The notes under the pieces: model-generated | What the model saw: the letters and a program-made list of their open reading frames with translations, nothing else | Databases searched by the model: none | Told to the model about the DNA's origin: nothing | DNA from: Alphaproteobacteria bacterium | Lineage (GTDB): Bacteria > Pseudomonadota > Alphaproteobacteria > SP197 | Length of the DNA: 64,000 nt | Direction of reading: 5' to 3' | NCBI GenBank assembly: GCA_964291265.2 | Contig: OZ219747.1 | Span: 1,312,001 to 1,376,000, forward strand | Shown here: positions 1 through 10,620 of the stretch, one piece after another | Layout: each line of letters starts with the position of its first letter | Numbering within the stretch: position 1 is the first letter of the stretch | Position numbers and translations under genes: made by a program

Positions 1-1179
1 GCCGGTGCCGCCGTTGTGGACCATTTCGAGGGCGAAGCGCGTCTGTCCGCTGGAATGGTAGATTCCGAAGCCGCCCCGCAGGGGAAGATCCCAAAGCACC
101 GACGTTCCTTCAGCCGGTACGCTTCCGGGCCGCGCCCTGTGGAGACAGCCCAGGGCCGCATCGGGAAGCAGCTGTCCGACGATGTGGCGCATGACCACGG
201 GGGCCGGTTTGCTGGCATTCATGATCGAGCCTTCCGGGGCCCGTACGCAAAACGGCTCCAGGGCTCCGGCGTTGTTGGGGATGTCGGGCGCCATGACGCA
301 CTTCAGACCGAACACGGTGTAGGCCTGGGAGTAGGTCATCGGGCAGTTGATGCCGTACCGGGAAGCCGGCGAGCTGCCGTCGAAGTCGATGGCGAGGGTG
401 CCATCGGCAATGGTGAGCCGGGCGGCGATCCTGATCTCGAACTCGTAGCCGTCAACCATCATCTCGTTCGACCAGGTTCCGGAAGGCCACGAGCGAAGGC
501 GCCCCCTTGTCGCCTCGCGCGACGTGTCGATGATGTGGTCCGCAAGGCCGGCGAGCGACGTCAGGGCAAATTCGCGCATCATGTCGCCAAGCCGTTCCTC
601 ACCCACTTCGCAGCAGGCGATGAGAGCGTAGAGATCACCCTCGTTCTGCATCGGGACCCGGCTGTTGGCCCTGATCAGCGTCATCAGCGTGTGGTTGATC
701 GTGCCGCCTTCGATGAGCTTGATGGGCGGGATGAACATGCCTTCCTCGTGGACATCGGCGGCGTCGGGGCCGAAGCTCCTTCCGCCGATGTCGGCGAGGT
801 GCGAGGTGCAGGCATTGAGGCCAACCACCGTGCCATCGAGGAAACACGGCTTGACCAGAACGAAATCGTTGAGATGGCCGGCCCCGATCCAGGGATCGTT
901 GGTCAACCAGAGGTCGCCGGGACGGGCTTCACCCGGGGGAAAGTGGCGGACCAGGTGACGGACCGATGCCGCCATGGTGTTGATGTGGCCTGGCGTGCCC
1001 GTCACCGCTTGGGCCATCATGCGCCCCTCAAGATCGAAGATGCCTGCCGAGATGTCACCCGATTCGCGCACGATGGGACTGAAAGCGGCGCGCATCAGTG
1101 TCTGGGCCTGTTCCTCGACAACCGAGATGAGACGGTCCCACATGATCTGGAGGTGAATTCTCTCGAGCGCGTCGGTCAT
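1..1179 (-). CDS. Hydantoinase B / 5-oxoprolinase subunit B family protein (runs off the window start)
   Basis: The minus strand from ATG 1179 reads MTDALERIHLQIMWDRLISVVEEQAQTLMRAAFSPIVRESGDISAG...GTPGHINTM, followed by NDPWIGAGHLND. It has an ATGA overlap with the stop of the upstream hydantoinase A gene. It is missing from the ORF track because it has no stop in the window. Confidence 0.9.
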   Translation of the reverse strand, partial: MTDALERIHLQIMWDRLISVVEEQAQTLMRAAFSPIVRESGDISAGIFDLEGRMMAQAVTGTPGHINTMAASVRHLVRHFPPGEARPGDLWLTNDPWIGAGHLNDFVLVKPCFLDGTVVGLNACTSHLADIGGRSFGPDAADVHEEGMFIPPIKLIEGGTINHTLMTLIRANSRVPMQNEGDLYALIACCEVGEERLGDMMREFALTSLAGLADHIIDTSREATRGRLRSWPSGTWSNEMMVDGYEFEIRIAARLTIADGTLAIDFDGSSPASRYGINCPMTYSQAYTVFGLKCVMAPDIPNNAGALEPFCVRAPEGSIMNASKPAPVVMRHIVGQLLPDAALGCLHRARPGSVPAEGTSVLWDLPLRGGFGIYHSSGQTRFALEMVHNGGTG

Positions 1180-3305
1180 GAGGGGACTGCCTCCCTGGTC
1201 TCGAGTACGATGTGTCCGTGACGGTCAATTCGCCCGTGGAACGATGCCGTGACCACGGTTGTGGTCTGCCCTTCGGTGATGACGCAGGGGCCCTCGAAGA
1301 CGGCGCCGGGGGTCAGCGACTGCCTGCTGAGGACCGGCACATCCACCATCTCTCCTGTGGCGGGGTCGACAACGTGGCGCCGTGGCGAGCCTGCCCCTTC
1401 GTCTCTTGCGGCAGTCATCACCGTTTCCGGATCGTCCGGCAGCGGTGCTGCCACCACGAGTTTCCAGCCGAGGATCTCGATGTCCATCCCTGGAACGTTG
1501 CGGGAGTACTGGCGAGCGTACTCATGGTCGTATGCCGCCCGCAGAACCGTCCTTTCGCCATCGTTGATTGTGCCGCCGCTAACAGGAACCTCGATCTCGT
1601 GCCCCTGTCCGAGATAGCGCATGAAACAGCTGCGGCGCTCCTCGAGGGGGGCATCTCCGGCTCCCTGGCGGACGATGGTCGATGCCTCTTCGGCCATGGA
1701 GGAGTAGATCCCTGCCACCACGGGAGCGTCGAACGTCGCCAGGGTCATGTAGCGGCTGCGCACGACCTCGAATGCGACCGGTGCGCGCAGCATGCCGACG
1801 GCAGAGCCGACGCCGGGATGGAGCGGAATGACAACGCGTCGGATACCGAGTTTTTCGGCCATGCGACATGCGTGCAGGGGACCTGCGCCTCCGAACGCAA
1901 TCATCGTGCATTGCCTCAGGATCTTGCCTCGCTCGACCGCATGGACCTGGGCGGCGCTGGCCATGTTCTCGTCGACAACTTCCGACAAGCCGAGTGCTCC
2001 GGCCACGACGTCCATGGACAGTGGATCGGCAATGTCCCGTCGGATGGCCTGCCGGGCCGCATCCATATCGAGGGTCATGCTGCCACCGGCAAATCCCGTT
2101 GCCTGAAGGCGGCCAAGAACGAGGTCCGAATCGGTGACGGTGGCATTGGTGCCGCCCCTGGCGTAGCAACTCGGTCCTGGTTCCGACCCGGCGCTGCGCG
2201 GACCGACCGAGATCCGCCCGAGGCCGTCGACGCCAGCTATCGATCCTCCGCCGGCGCCGATCTCGATCATCTCGATCACCGGCAGGCGAACGGTCATGCC
2301 GCTCCCCTTTGTGAAACGTGCCGCACGGGCAATCTCGAAAATGCGGGCAGTCTGCGGCCTGGCATCGTCAATCAGGCAGATCTTGGCCGTGGTGCCGCCC
2401 ATGTCGCAGGACAGAACGCGGGGATCACCGCGCCTGTCCGCCACCCGGGAGGCGAGCACGGCTCCGGCGCTCGGTCCCGACTCGACGAGTCGGATCGGAA
2501 GGCTGACCGCCGTCTCAAGGGAGCAGATACTGCCGCCCGAGGTCATCAGCAGCAACGGGCCGGAGATGCCGGCAGCGGTGAGTTCTGCCGCAAGCGCGCC
2601 GAGGTAACGGGCCATCAGAGGCCGCACGTAGGCATTGCACACGGTGGTGGTGAGCCGTTCGTACTCCCTGACCTCGGGACAGGCCTCCGAAGAAAGGGTG
2701 ATGGAGACATCGGGGCATTCACGCAGGAGAACATCCCGCACCCGCTCTTCGTGATGCGGATTGGCGTAGGCATGCAGGAGACCGACGGCGACGGATTCGA
2801 TTCCTTCGTCACGCACCCTTCCAGCGACCTCCATGACACTCGTCTCGTCGAGTTCGAGGAGGGGCGTTCCGGTGACGTCCATGCGCTCGGTTACTGGCCA
2901 GGTGAGGTGGCGGGGGACAAGGGGCTCGGGCTTGTTCAGCCAGATATCGTACTGATCGTATCGATTCTCGTAGGCGAGGCGCAGCGTATCGCGGAAGCCT
3001 CGGGTACACACCAGCGCCGTTCTCGCACCCCGTCTCTCGATGAGCGCATTGGTGGCAAGCGTGGTGCCGTGGATCACCGAGAGGACGGCATCCGCACCGA
3101 TGTCAGCCTTCTCCAACGCCAGTCGGACGCCTGTCATCACGCCCTGTTCGGGTGCCCGAGGTGTGGTGGGTACCTTGGATGTCTCGAGGCGTCTGTCGCT
3201 TGTTTGAAGAGCGACATCCGTAAAGGTGCCGCCAATGTCCACCCCTATACGGACCCCACCTTGGCGTCGAAGGTCCTTTGTCTTTCCATCAGCGCGTTGT
3301 GGCAT
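1176..3305 (-). CDS. Hydantoinase A / oxoprolinase family protein
   Basis: Motifs IGVDIGGTFTD, HGTTLATNALIER, DMGGTT, IGAGGGSIA and AFGGAGPLH. Confidence 0.93.
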   Translation of the reverse strand: MPQRADGKTKDLRRQGGVRIGVDIGGTFTDVALQTSDRRLETSKVPTTPRAPEQGVMTGVRLALEKADIGADAVLSVIHGTTLATNALIERRGARTALVCTRGFRDTLRLAYENRYDQYDIWLNKPEPLVPRHLTWPVTERMDVTGTPLLELDETSVMEVAGRVRDEGIESVAVGLLHAYANPHHEERVRDVLLRECPDVSITLSSEACPEVREYERLTTTVCNAYVRPLMARYLGALAAELTAAGISGPLLLMTSGGSICSLETAVSLPIRLVESGPSAGAVLASRVADRRGDPRVLSCDMGGTTAKICLIDDARPQTARIFEIARAARFTKGSGMTVRLPVIEMIEIGAGGGSIAGVDGLGRISVGPRSAGSEPGPSCYARGGTNATVTDSDLVLGRLQATGFAGGSMTLDMDAARQAIRRDIADPLSMDVVAGALGLSEVVDENMASAAQVHAVERGKILRQCTMIAFGGAGPLHACRMAEKLGIRRVVIPLHPGVGSAVGMLRAPVAFEVVRSRYMTLATFDAPVVAGIYSSMAEEASTIVRQGAGDAPLEERRSCFMRYLGQGHEIEVPVSGGTINDGERTVLRAAYDHEYARQYSRNVPGMDIEILGWKLVVAAPLPDDPETVMTAARDEGAGSPRRHVVDPATGEMVDVPVLSRQSLTPGAVFEGPCVITEGQTTTVVTASFHGRIDRHGHIVLETREAVPS

Positions 3306-3472
3306 GGTTTCTACCTGTACGCGAAAGTACGGTCGGAAGGGATGACAGGAGAAGCCGCCGTCTTTCCGGTACGGAAGTGGTCCGGCCTCATCGGCTGAGG
3401 GCCTCAGTCAGGACTGCTCAAGGGTTTCGGTCGCTGCCGTCGGACCGCCGAAGGCGCATGCTCCTGTACATG

Positions 3473-4576
3473 TCAGCATGTCACCGCCATCACCGGCGCA
3501 CCCAACTGCGCGAAGTCCGCAGTGACGCCGAGACCGGGTGAATCCGATGCCCACATGAAGCCGTCCTTGATGGCCGGGCCGCCGTCGGCGATGACCACAG
3601 GGGTGTAGTCGTGGAACGGGGACGACTGGAAATGATATCCCTCCGGCGTTGAGTGGGAGAGATGGGCAATCGCCGCGGTGGCGATCTCCCCTCCCCAGGA
3701 GTCCTCAATTGTCATGACTATGCCGAGCGAAACGCAAAGATCGCGAAAGAGCCGGGCCTTTGTGAGTCCTCCGACGCGGCTGATTTTCAGGTTGACCACA
3801 TCCATGGCCCGGTCCGCATAGCCGCGCAGCAGGATTTGCAGACTGTCCATGCATTCGTCGAGGATCATCGGGTGGTTGCAATGCTCGCGCACGACGCGGC
3901 ATTCCTCGTAGCTGAGGCAAGGCTGTTCGATATAGACTTCCACATCGCGTACGGCCGAGACCACGCGCATGGCATCATGCTGGAGCCAGCCGGTATTGGC
4001 ATCGGCCGCCAGAACATTGCCCGGCTGCAGGCCGGCCGAGACCCTGCGGATGCGGCAGATGTCGACATCTGGATCTTCGCCGACCTTCATCTGGAACTGC
4101 GTGAATCCCTCCTCCTGGTATTCGTTCAGCCTGTCGGCCATGACCCCTGGGTCGGTCCGGGAAATCACCTTGAACAGCTTGACCTTGCTCTGCAGACGGC
4201 CGCCCAGAAGATTGCAGACCGGCTGCCCGGTGGCCTTGCCGAGGATGTCCCAGCAGGCCATGTCGATGGCGGACTTGACGTAGGGATGCCCTTTCAGCAT
4301 GCGGTCCATCAGCTGGTTGATCGCGCCCAACTGGCAAGGGTCCTGGCCGATCAGGCCGGGGGCGAGAGTGGCGATGCCGGTGCGCGCGCCCTCCGCATAG
4401 GCCGACAGATAGGCTGGGCCGAGAGGGCAGACTTCTCCCACGCCTGAGAGGCCTTCATCGGTTTCGATCACGACAACGGTGCTGTCGAACGCCGAGAAGG
4501 ATTGCGTCGACCAGCTGTAGGATCCCTCCTTCATGGGAAGGTCGACCTGATAGGTTCTGATGCCGGTGATTTTCAA
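3473..4576 (-). CDS. Enolase superfamily (MR/MLE) enzyme, resembling hydroxyproline-betaine epimerase / cis-3-hydroxyproline dehydratase
   Basis: KITGIRTYQVDLP start (probable TTG 4576), GEVCPLG.AYL, KSAIDMACWD, QMKVG, DANTGW, EQPC, DE and NLKISRVGG. The specific substrate is an inference. Confidence 0.85.
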   Translation of the reverse strand: MKITGIRTYQVDLPMKEGSYSWSTQSFSAFDSTVVVIETDEGLSGVGEVCPLGPAYLSAYAEGARTGIATLAPGLIGQDPCQLGAINQLMDRMLKGHPYVKSAIDMACWDILGKATGQPVCNLLGGRLQSKVKLFKVISRTDPGVMADRLNEYQEEGFTQFQMKVGEDPDVDICRIRRVSAGLQPGNVLAADANTGWLQHDAMRVVSAVRDVEVYIEQPCLSYEECRVVREHCNHPMILDECMDSLQILLRGYADRAMDVVNLKISRVGGLTKARLFRDLCVSLGIVMTIEDSWGGEIATAAIAHLSHSTPEGYHFQSSPFHDYTPVVIADGGPAIKDGFMWASDSPGLGVTADFAQLGAPVMAVTC

Positions 4577-4775
4577 GGGCGCCCCTCTGGCAATCAATGC
4601 CCTGCACCTATCATGCATGGGTCACCCTGCCAATGCGCCGGGATCAAGTTGCCGGGGGGAATTCAGCATCGCGACCTGATCATGCAACAGCGAATTCGCG
4701 CGCTTCTGATCCGGCATCTGCACCAGATCGGCATGACGTACTTGGTGGACATGCGCGAGAACCTCGGCTCACTCG

Positions 4776-5310
4776 TTGGCAACCGCGCTTCCGGCCACCA
4801 CTGCCGCCGCCGCGAGCAAAGATGTTGGTCTTGTCATGGATCGCCTCTCCATCAAGGCACTGGACTTCAGACGGGTACCGCGCCTTGGTGCAGAGCATGG
4901 AGCCGCTCGGCCTTTGTGGTCTGGTGGATGGGTGGCAAGGGCTGTCGCAAGTCGGACGGTTCCCCGCGAGGTGCAACGCTTCCTTCGTGATGGGCCCGTC
5001 GGGCCTCTCCGGAGGATGTCGAGGCGTCCCTCGACGCCAGCCGGGAGTTGGTGCGGCGAAGGGAAGGGACGGTTCCGGCGCTTGCTGGAAATGCGCGTCG
5101 GGGCCCTCGCGGTTCTCAAGATCGAGGCGCCCCTCAGGCCTGCCCGCCGACAAGCCGACCAGGTGGACCACCGCCTGCTCAAGGGCGAGAAGGTGTTGTC
5201 GATCTTCGAGGAGCACACGCGCTGGTGCATGAAGGGCAAGGCTGGGGTGCCGGTGGCCATGCTGGAGGACCAGCATGGCTTCCTCCTGCGCCACCGGGTC
5301 CTGATCCTGT
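4776..5310 (+). pseudogene. Degenerate DDE transposase remnant (IS5/ISNCY-like)
   Basis: The segment RRLLKGEKVLSIFEEHTRWCMKGKAGVPV...EDQHGFLLRHRVL resembles transposase core sequence. The rest is decayed and the boundaries are approximate. Confidence 0.7.
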
Positions 5311-5709
5311 GGAGTGGACGGCTTTGCGCGGATGATGGCGCTGTCCATGGTGGCCTTCGATGTCCACCGCATCGGCCCGCTGCTGCACAGGCAGGCCCGG
5401 GACCAGTGACGACGAAGACGCACCGTCTGACGGCGGCTCCCATCCACTCCACCCTGAGAAGTCCGGGCGAAGCGGGAACCGAACCGCTCGCCCGGCGTTC
5501 GGAGTCCCGGCCGGAAGGGCCCTGATGCCGCCGCCAATCGCCAGGAATCCCCCTGGAACGAGCGCGGATCAGTTCCCGTTCAGGCGGCGCCGGCGCTGCG
5601 ACGGCGGGCGGACAACAGGTTCCTTGCCGGCTTTGCGCGGCCGAGATTTCGTTGAATCGGACGTGCGTCTCGTGACATGGTCGCAAAACCAGTGTCGGGA
5701 GACAATCAA

Positions 5710-6540
5710 ATGAGCACAATGAAGCATCTCAGGGGCGCCTTGGCTCTGGCAGGACTCGTCGTTCTGCCTCACTCGGCCAATGCGGACCTGCTGGACGACA
5801 TCGTGGCCGATGGCGAACTGAAGTGCGGCATCATGCTCGACGTGCCGCCTGTGGGCATGCGCGACGAGCAGAACAATCCGGTCGGGTTCGACGTCGAGTT
5901 CTGCCAGGACATGGCCTTGGCGCTGGGCGTGGAGGCCGTCATCGTGGAAACACCGGCCCCGGATCGAATTCCGGCCATCCTTTCGGGACGCGTCGACATC
6001 GGCGTCGCCTCCGCCACCAACAGCCTCGAACGAGCCAAGGCCGTCGCCTTTTCCATTCCCTACCAGATCTGGAATGTCGGCGTCGCGGTCGCGGCGGACA
6101 ACGAGGACATCAACTCGTACACGGATCTTGTCGGCAAGAGCGTCGGCACGGTTCGCGGCACCACCGGCGAAGTGGCTTTCCTCAATGATTTCGAAACATG
6201 GAAGGATATGGGCACGACGCACATTTCCTACGGCTCCAATGCCGAACAGTTCCTGGCGCTGCGACAGGGCAAGGTCGATGCAATCGTCGAATCAACCACG
6301 ATCTTCGGTGAATATATAAAGGGCGCCGGCGCTGGGCTCATCGACGTGTGCTGCGACTACACTTCCGCGCCGTCTGACTGGACCGGCCTCATGGTTCGCC
6401 GCAACGAGCAGGGTTTCCTCAACTGGGTGAATTTGTTCGTCTGGCACCAGTGGAAGAACGGCCGCACCAGCGAACTGTACAGGATGTGGTTCGGTTATGA
6501 CGCGCCGCAGATGGCCTATCCGGGCGTCCATGGATACTGA
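5710..6540 (+). CDS. Polar amino-acid ABC transporter substrate-binding protein
   Basis: Signal-peptide-like N-terminus; GFDVEF, RIPAILSGRVD, ERAKAVAFS and LRQGKVDA motifs. Confidence 0.93.
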   Translation: MSTMKHLRGALALAGLVVLPHSANADLLDDIVADGELKCGIMLDVPPVGMRDEQNNPVGFDVEFCQDMALALGVEAVIVETPAPDRIPAILSGRVDIGVASATNSLERAKAVAFSIPYQIWNVGVAVAADNEDINSYTDLVGKSVGTVRGTTGEVAFLNDFETWKDMGTTHISYGSNAEQFLALRQGKVDAIVESTTIFGEYIKGAGAGLIDVCCDYTSAPSDWTGLMVRRNEQGFLNWVNLFVWHQWKNGRTSELYRMWFGYDAPQMAYPGVHGY

Positions 6541-6556
6541 GGCCGCCTGACATTCG

Positions 6557-6589
6557 CCCCGGACGCCGGCGGAAAGCGGGCGTCCGGGG
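6557..6589 (+). terminator. GC-rich intercistronic hairpin after the SBP gene (mRNA stabiliser or partial terminator)
   Basis: Inverted repeat CCCCGGACGCC...GGCGTCCGGGG with no U-tract. Confidence 0.55.
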
Positions 6590-6603
6590 GATGATCACAG
6601 TGC

Positions 6604-7266
6604 ATGTTCGACTACCGCTTCCAGTGGCGCGTTGTCCACCAGCACTGGCCGGAACTGCTGGAAGCGGGCCTGCTGACTCTGCAGATCACGGTCCTATCCG
6701 TGCTCATGGGCCTTGGCATCGGCTTGGTGTTTTCGGTCTGGCGCCGATCCGGCAATCCGCTGCTCTACTGGTTCACCGCAACATGGGTAGCTCTGGCGCG
6801 CAATACGCCGGCCCTGTTGCAGATCTATCTGGCCTACTTCGGACTCGGTGCCTTCGGTCTGCATCTCAGCCCCTATGCGGCGGTGCTGGCGGCCATCACC
6901 TTCAACAATGCAGGCTACCTCGCGGAAATCCTGCGCGGCGGCATTGATTCGGTCAATCCGTCACAACGGGGCGCAGCCCTCGGCTTGGGGCTGAGCCGGT
7001 TGCAGACGTATGTGCACGTGATCTTTCCGCAGGTGTTGCGGACCGTGTTCCTGCCGATCACCAACCAGATCATCTGGGCGATGCTCGGCACGTCTCTCGG
7101 CATGATCATCGGGTTGCAGGAACTCACGGGCATGACGACATTTCTGCAGTCCCAGACTTTCAGACCGTTCGAGTTCTATCTCGCCGCGGCCGCCATTTAT
7201 TTTGTGGTCGCCGAGACGGTGCTGATCTCGGCGCGCATTGTCGCGCGGCTGGCTTTCAGATGGTGA
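6604..7266 (+). CDS. Amino-acid ABC transporter permease
   Basis: RNTPALLQ, an EAA-like loop AEILRGGI...ALGLGLS, and hydrophobic helices. Confidence 0.93.
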   Translation: MFDYRFQWRVVHQHWPELLEAGLLTLQITVLSVLMGLGIGLVFSVWRRSGNPLLYWFTATWVALARNTPALLQIYLAYFGLGAFGLHLSPYAAVLAAITFNNAGYLAEILRGGIDSVNPSQRGAALGLGLSRLQTYVHVIFPQVLRTVFLPITNQIIWAMLGTSLGMIIGLQELTGMTTFLQSQTFRPFEFYLAAAAIYFVVAETVLISARIVARLAFRW

Positions 7267-7276
7267 TGGGAAGACG

Positions 7277-7954
7277 ATGGGCACGATGCCGCTGAACTTC
7301 ACACTGAACGACCTCCACCTGATGGCGCAGGGTGCCGTCATCACGTTCTTTCTGACGATCATTTCAGGCCTTTTCGGCACGATGATGGGTTTTCTTGTTG
7401 GTTGGGGCCGGTGTGTCGGAAACCGCGCGCTCCTCTACGCACTGGGCGCCTACATCGAGGTCATCCGCACTGTTCCGCTCATCATCCAGTTCGTCCTCTT
7501 CAACAGTTTCATGGCCATTGCCGGCCTGCCGCTCAATCCTTTCGTTTCCGGCCTTGTCACACTCTCGGTCTATATTTCCGGCTATGTCGCGGAGGTGGTG
7601 AAAGCCGGCATCGAATCGGTGCCGCGACAAACAAGCATGGCAGCGCGCAGTCTCGGGATGACCTATCTTCAGGACTTCTTCCATGTTGTCCTGCCCATCG
7701 GCACCAGAGCCGTCCTGCCCGCGTGGACCGGACTGATGCTCGGACTGATGAAAGACACGTCGCTGATCGCGGTTCTCGGCGCCACGCCGCCAGAGCTGCT
7801 GCGAGCCTCGCAGATCATCATCACCCGCATTCAGGAACCGCTCATGATCCTCGTTGGCGCCGGTGCGTTCTACTTTGCGATGTGCCATCTTGTCGCCAGG
7901 GTCGCGGACGGCATGGAGCGGCGCTGGCGACGCGAGCAGGAAGCCCTGCAATGA
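7277..7954 (+). CDS. Amino-acid ABC transporter permease
   Basis: RTVPLIIQ, AEVVKAGIESV...AARSLGM and KDTSL motifs. The start is approximate. Confidence 0.9.
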   Translation: MGTMPLNFTLNDLHLMAQGAVITFFLTIISGLFGTMMGFLVGWGRCVGNRALLYALGAYIEVIRTVPLIIQFVLFNSFMAIAGLPLNPFVSGLVTLSVYISGYVAEVVKAGIESVPRQTSMAARSLGMTYLQDFFHVVLPIGTRAVLPAWTGLMLGLMKDTSLIAVLGATPPELLRASQIIITRIQEPLMILVGAGAFYFAMCHLVARVADGMERRWRREQEALQ

Positions 7955-8673
7955 TACGCATCGAAGAAGTCCGGAAATCCTATGGTTCCCTCGATGTCCT
8001 CAGGGGCGTAGACCTGACGGTCGAAACCGGAGACGTGCTGTGCCTCATCGGCGCCAGCGGCTCCGGCAAATCGACCCTGCTGCTGTGCATCAACGCGCTG
8101 GAGACCATTCAGGGCGGCCGCATCCTGGTCGACGACATCGATGTTCATGCGAAGGAAACGGATCGAAACGCGCTCCGCCGGAAGATCGGCATCGTCTTTC
8201 AACAGTACAACGCCTTTCCGCACCTCGACGCCGTCGGCAATGTCGCCTTGGCGCCCCGCCGGGTTCTCGGCAAGAGCAGGAAGGTCGCCAAGGAGCTTGC
8301 CGAACATCATCTTGCCCATGTCGGCCTGGGCGACAAGCTGCGCCACTACCCGTCGCAGCTGTCGGGAGGGCAGCAGCAGCGCCTGGCGATCGCCCGGGCG
8401 CTCGCCATGGAGCCGGACTACATGCTGCTGGACGAGGTCACCTCGGCTCTCGATCCGGAACTGGTTGGCGAAGTGCTTGATACTCTGCGCCTTCTCAGCG
8501 ACGAAGGCATGACGATGATCGCCGTCACCCATGAGATCCCGTTCGCGCGCGAAGTGGCGGATCGGGTCGCGTTCTTCCACAAGGGCGTGATTCACGAAAT
8601 CGGCCCCGCCGAAGAGGTGATCGACACGCCCCGGATGCCACGCACTCGGGAGTTTCTGGGAAAGATACTCTGA
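7951..8673 (+). CDS. Amino-acid ABC transporter ATP-binding protein
   Basis: Walker A GASGSGKST, signature LSGGQQQR, Walker B LLDEVTSALD; ATGA overlap at 7951. Confidence 0.95.
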   Translation: MIRIEEVRKSYGSLDVLRGVDLTVETGDVLCLIGASGSGKSTLLLCINALETIQGGRILVDDIDVHAKETDRNALRRKIGIVFQQYNAFPHLDAVGNVALAPRRVLGKSRKVAKELAEHHLAHVGLGDKLRHYPSQLSGGQQQRLAIARALAMEPDYMLLDEVTSALDPELVGEVLDTLRLLSDEGMTMIAVTHEIPFAREVADRVAFFHKGVIHEIGPAEEVIDTPRMPRTREFLGKIL

Positions 8674-8699
8674 ACAGAAGACCATGCGAGGAACGACGG

Positions 8700-9608
8700 A
8701 TGAAATTCGAAGGAATCTACACGCCCATCATCACGCCCCATAACCGGGCGGGAGACATCGATACCGGCGCCTTTGCGGCAATGGCGGAGCATTTAATCGC
8801 TTCAGGAGTGCACGGCATCGTGGTCGGCGGTTCGACAGGTGAGTACTATGCGCAGAGCGTCGAAGAGCGGATATCCCTGATCCGAACGGCCAAGGAAGCC
8901 GTGGCCGGCCGCCTGCCTCTCGTCGTCGGTACCGGCGCAATCAGACAGGATGATTCCATCACCATCGCCAAGGAGGCGCGCAAGGTCGGCGCGGAGGCCA
9001 TTCTGGTCAGTTCGCCGCCCTATGCCGTTCCGACGGAAAGGGAAAACGCCCGCAATGCGCTGGCGATCGACAGGGCGGCGGGCCTGCCCATCATGCTCTA
9101 CAACTATCCGGGCCGCACCGGAGTCCACATGGGATCCGAATTTCTGGACCTTGTGGGAAGGTCAGCCAACGTCTGCGCAATCAAGGAGAGTTCCGGCGAC
9201 ATCAACCGGGTCCACCTTCTTGCCTGCGACTATCCTCGGATCCAGATGAGTTGCGGCATGGACGACCAGGCACTGGAGTACTTCGCTTGGGGTGCCCGCT
9301 CCTGGGTGTGCGCCGGCTCCAATTTCCTGCCGGAGGAACATGTGGCGCTCTACCAGGCTTGCGTCGTCGATGGCGATTTCGACAGGGGTCGCCGGATCAT
9401 GTCGGCAATGATGCCCCTGATGCGTGTTCTCGAACAAGGCGGAAGGTTCGTTCAGTGCGTCAAGCACGGTGTCGAGATCGCGGGCCTGAAGGCCGGTCCT
9501 CCGCGCCCTCCGCTTGAAGCTCTCGACACGGAAGAGATGAGGAAGCTGGAAGAGGTCGTTCATGTGCTCAAGGAGAATGTGGCAGCGATAGTGCGGAAAG
9601 CCGAATGA
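8700..9608 (+). CDS. DHDPS/NanA-family class I aldolase or deaminase
   Basis: GSTGE, LYNYP and the Schiff-base Lys in IKESSGD. Confidence 0.9.
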   Translation: MKFEGIYTPIITPHNRAGDIDTGAFAAMAEHLIASGVHGIVVGGSTGEYYAQSVEERISLIRTAKEAVAGRLPLVVGTGAIRQDDSITIAKEARKVGAEAILVSSPPYAVPTERENARNALAIDRAAGLPIMLYNYPGRTGVHMGSEFLDLVGRSANVCAIKESSGDINRVHLLACDYPRIQMSCGMDDQALEYFAWGARSWVCAGSNFLPEEHVALYQACVVDGDFDRGRRIMSAMMPLMRVLEQGGRFVQCVKHGVEIAGLKAGPPRPPLEALDTEEMRKLEEVVHVLKENVAAIVRKAE

Positions 9609-9721
9609 ACCTTCCCCGGCCCCCGGCGTTGCTGGAGCGGACCACCCCCAGGACGGGTGACCGGAGGGCGGTGCCCGGACCGAACAGAATGCTCAAGATG
9701 GAGTCGCGGACCGTCGGGTTC

Positions 9722-9832
9722 GGCATCGTGGCGGGCGTGGACGACGTCAGTTGCGGCGCCCTTGCCGGGCCGGTGTTCGCGGCTTCTGTCGTGTTTGACG
9801 ACGACGATGTTCCGGATGGATTGCAGGATTCA
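9722..9832 (+). pseudogene. rnhB: RNase HII N-terminal fragment
   Basis: GIVAGVDDVSCGALAGPVFAASVVF...GLQDS matches the RNase HII consensus GVDEAGRGPLAGPV...GLxDSK. It is degenerate and truncated. Confidence 0.7.
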
Positions 9833-9984
9833 AGGACGCGGTTCGGCCTTCCGAGCGCTTCGTCATCCGAAGCCCGGCTGACTCTGCTGCACGCTGGGCC
9901 TGCGCTGGAACCGGGTTCCGTTCGTCTGCAGGCCGCTCCCGCCGGCGCCCCCGTAGCGGCTTGACCGCTGCGGCGCGACTCGGG

Positions 9985-10620
9985 TTAAGCGCTTGCGCCG
10001 TGCGCGCATCGTAGCGCCAGCCCTTCTCGCGGACACAGTCGAGGATCTGTCGTCGGCGGTTCGAGAACGCTTCCAGTGCCATGCGCCGCCAGCCCGATAT
10101 CCCGAACCCCGGAACCCGTCCGATCATGGAGGGCCGCAGAGCGAACCCGACCTTTCGCAGCCCATGCGCCAGCTCGTTGAGGCAATGTTCTCCGATCAGC
10201 TTCTCCAACCGGCGCAGCAGCCCGAACTCCACGCTCCACCACTGCCCGCCATCGCGTGTCATTGTTGGCGATCACGCAATGGGCATGAAGCCGAGGGTCG
10301 TTGTTGCGGCTCGTGACCTGCCGGAAGGTCGCCGCCACCAGGGCCGGCGCGTTCACCAGCACCGAGCGCCGCTCCTCCCCGGTTCCAGCGGTGCGTTCTC
10401 AGCAGCCGTGTCTCCATGTCGTCCAGCGTCGCGCGCACCGCCGAATCGCCCGCGCCGCACCCGGACCGCCGAGCAAGGCCTCCAGCGACACCGACTTCGG
10501 TGCCGACAGCGTGATGTCCACCAGCCGAAGCTCCGATCCCTCGACCCCGCCCACGCTGGCCGGAAGGCCTGCAGGCTCGGCAACCGCCACCTCCCTTCGG
10601 ACCGCGGTCCCCCGGCCGCG
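9985..10620 (-). pseudogene. MOBF/TrwC conjugative relaxase remnant (frameshifted)
   Basis: Three frames carry consecutive TrwC motifs: DITLSAPKSVSL, LVAATFRQVTSRNNDPRLHAHCVIAN and NELAHGLRKVGF...EAFSNRRRQI. Confidence 0.85.

Noticed and set aside
16-3398. Long plus-strand ORFs 16-1221 and 1212-3398, and similar antisense ORFs such as 33995-36169 and 36323-38860
   Set aside because: These are antisense shadows of well-supported genes in high-GC DNA and have no motifs of their own.
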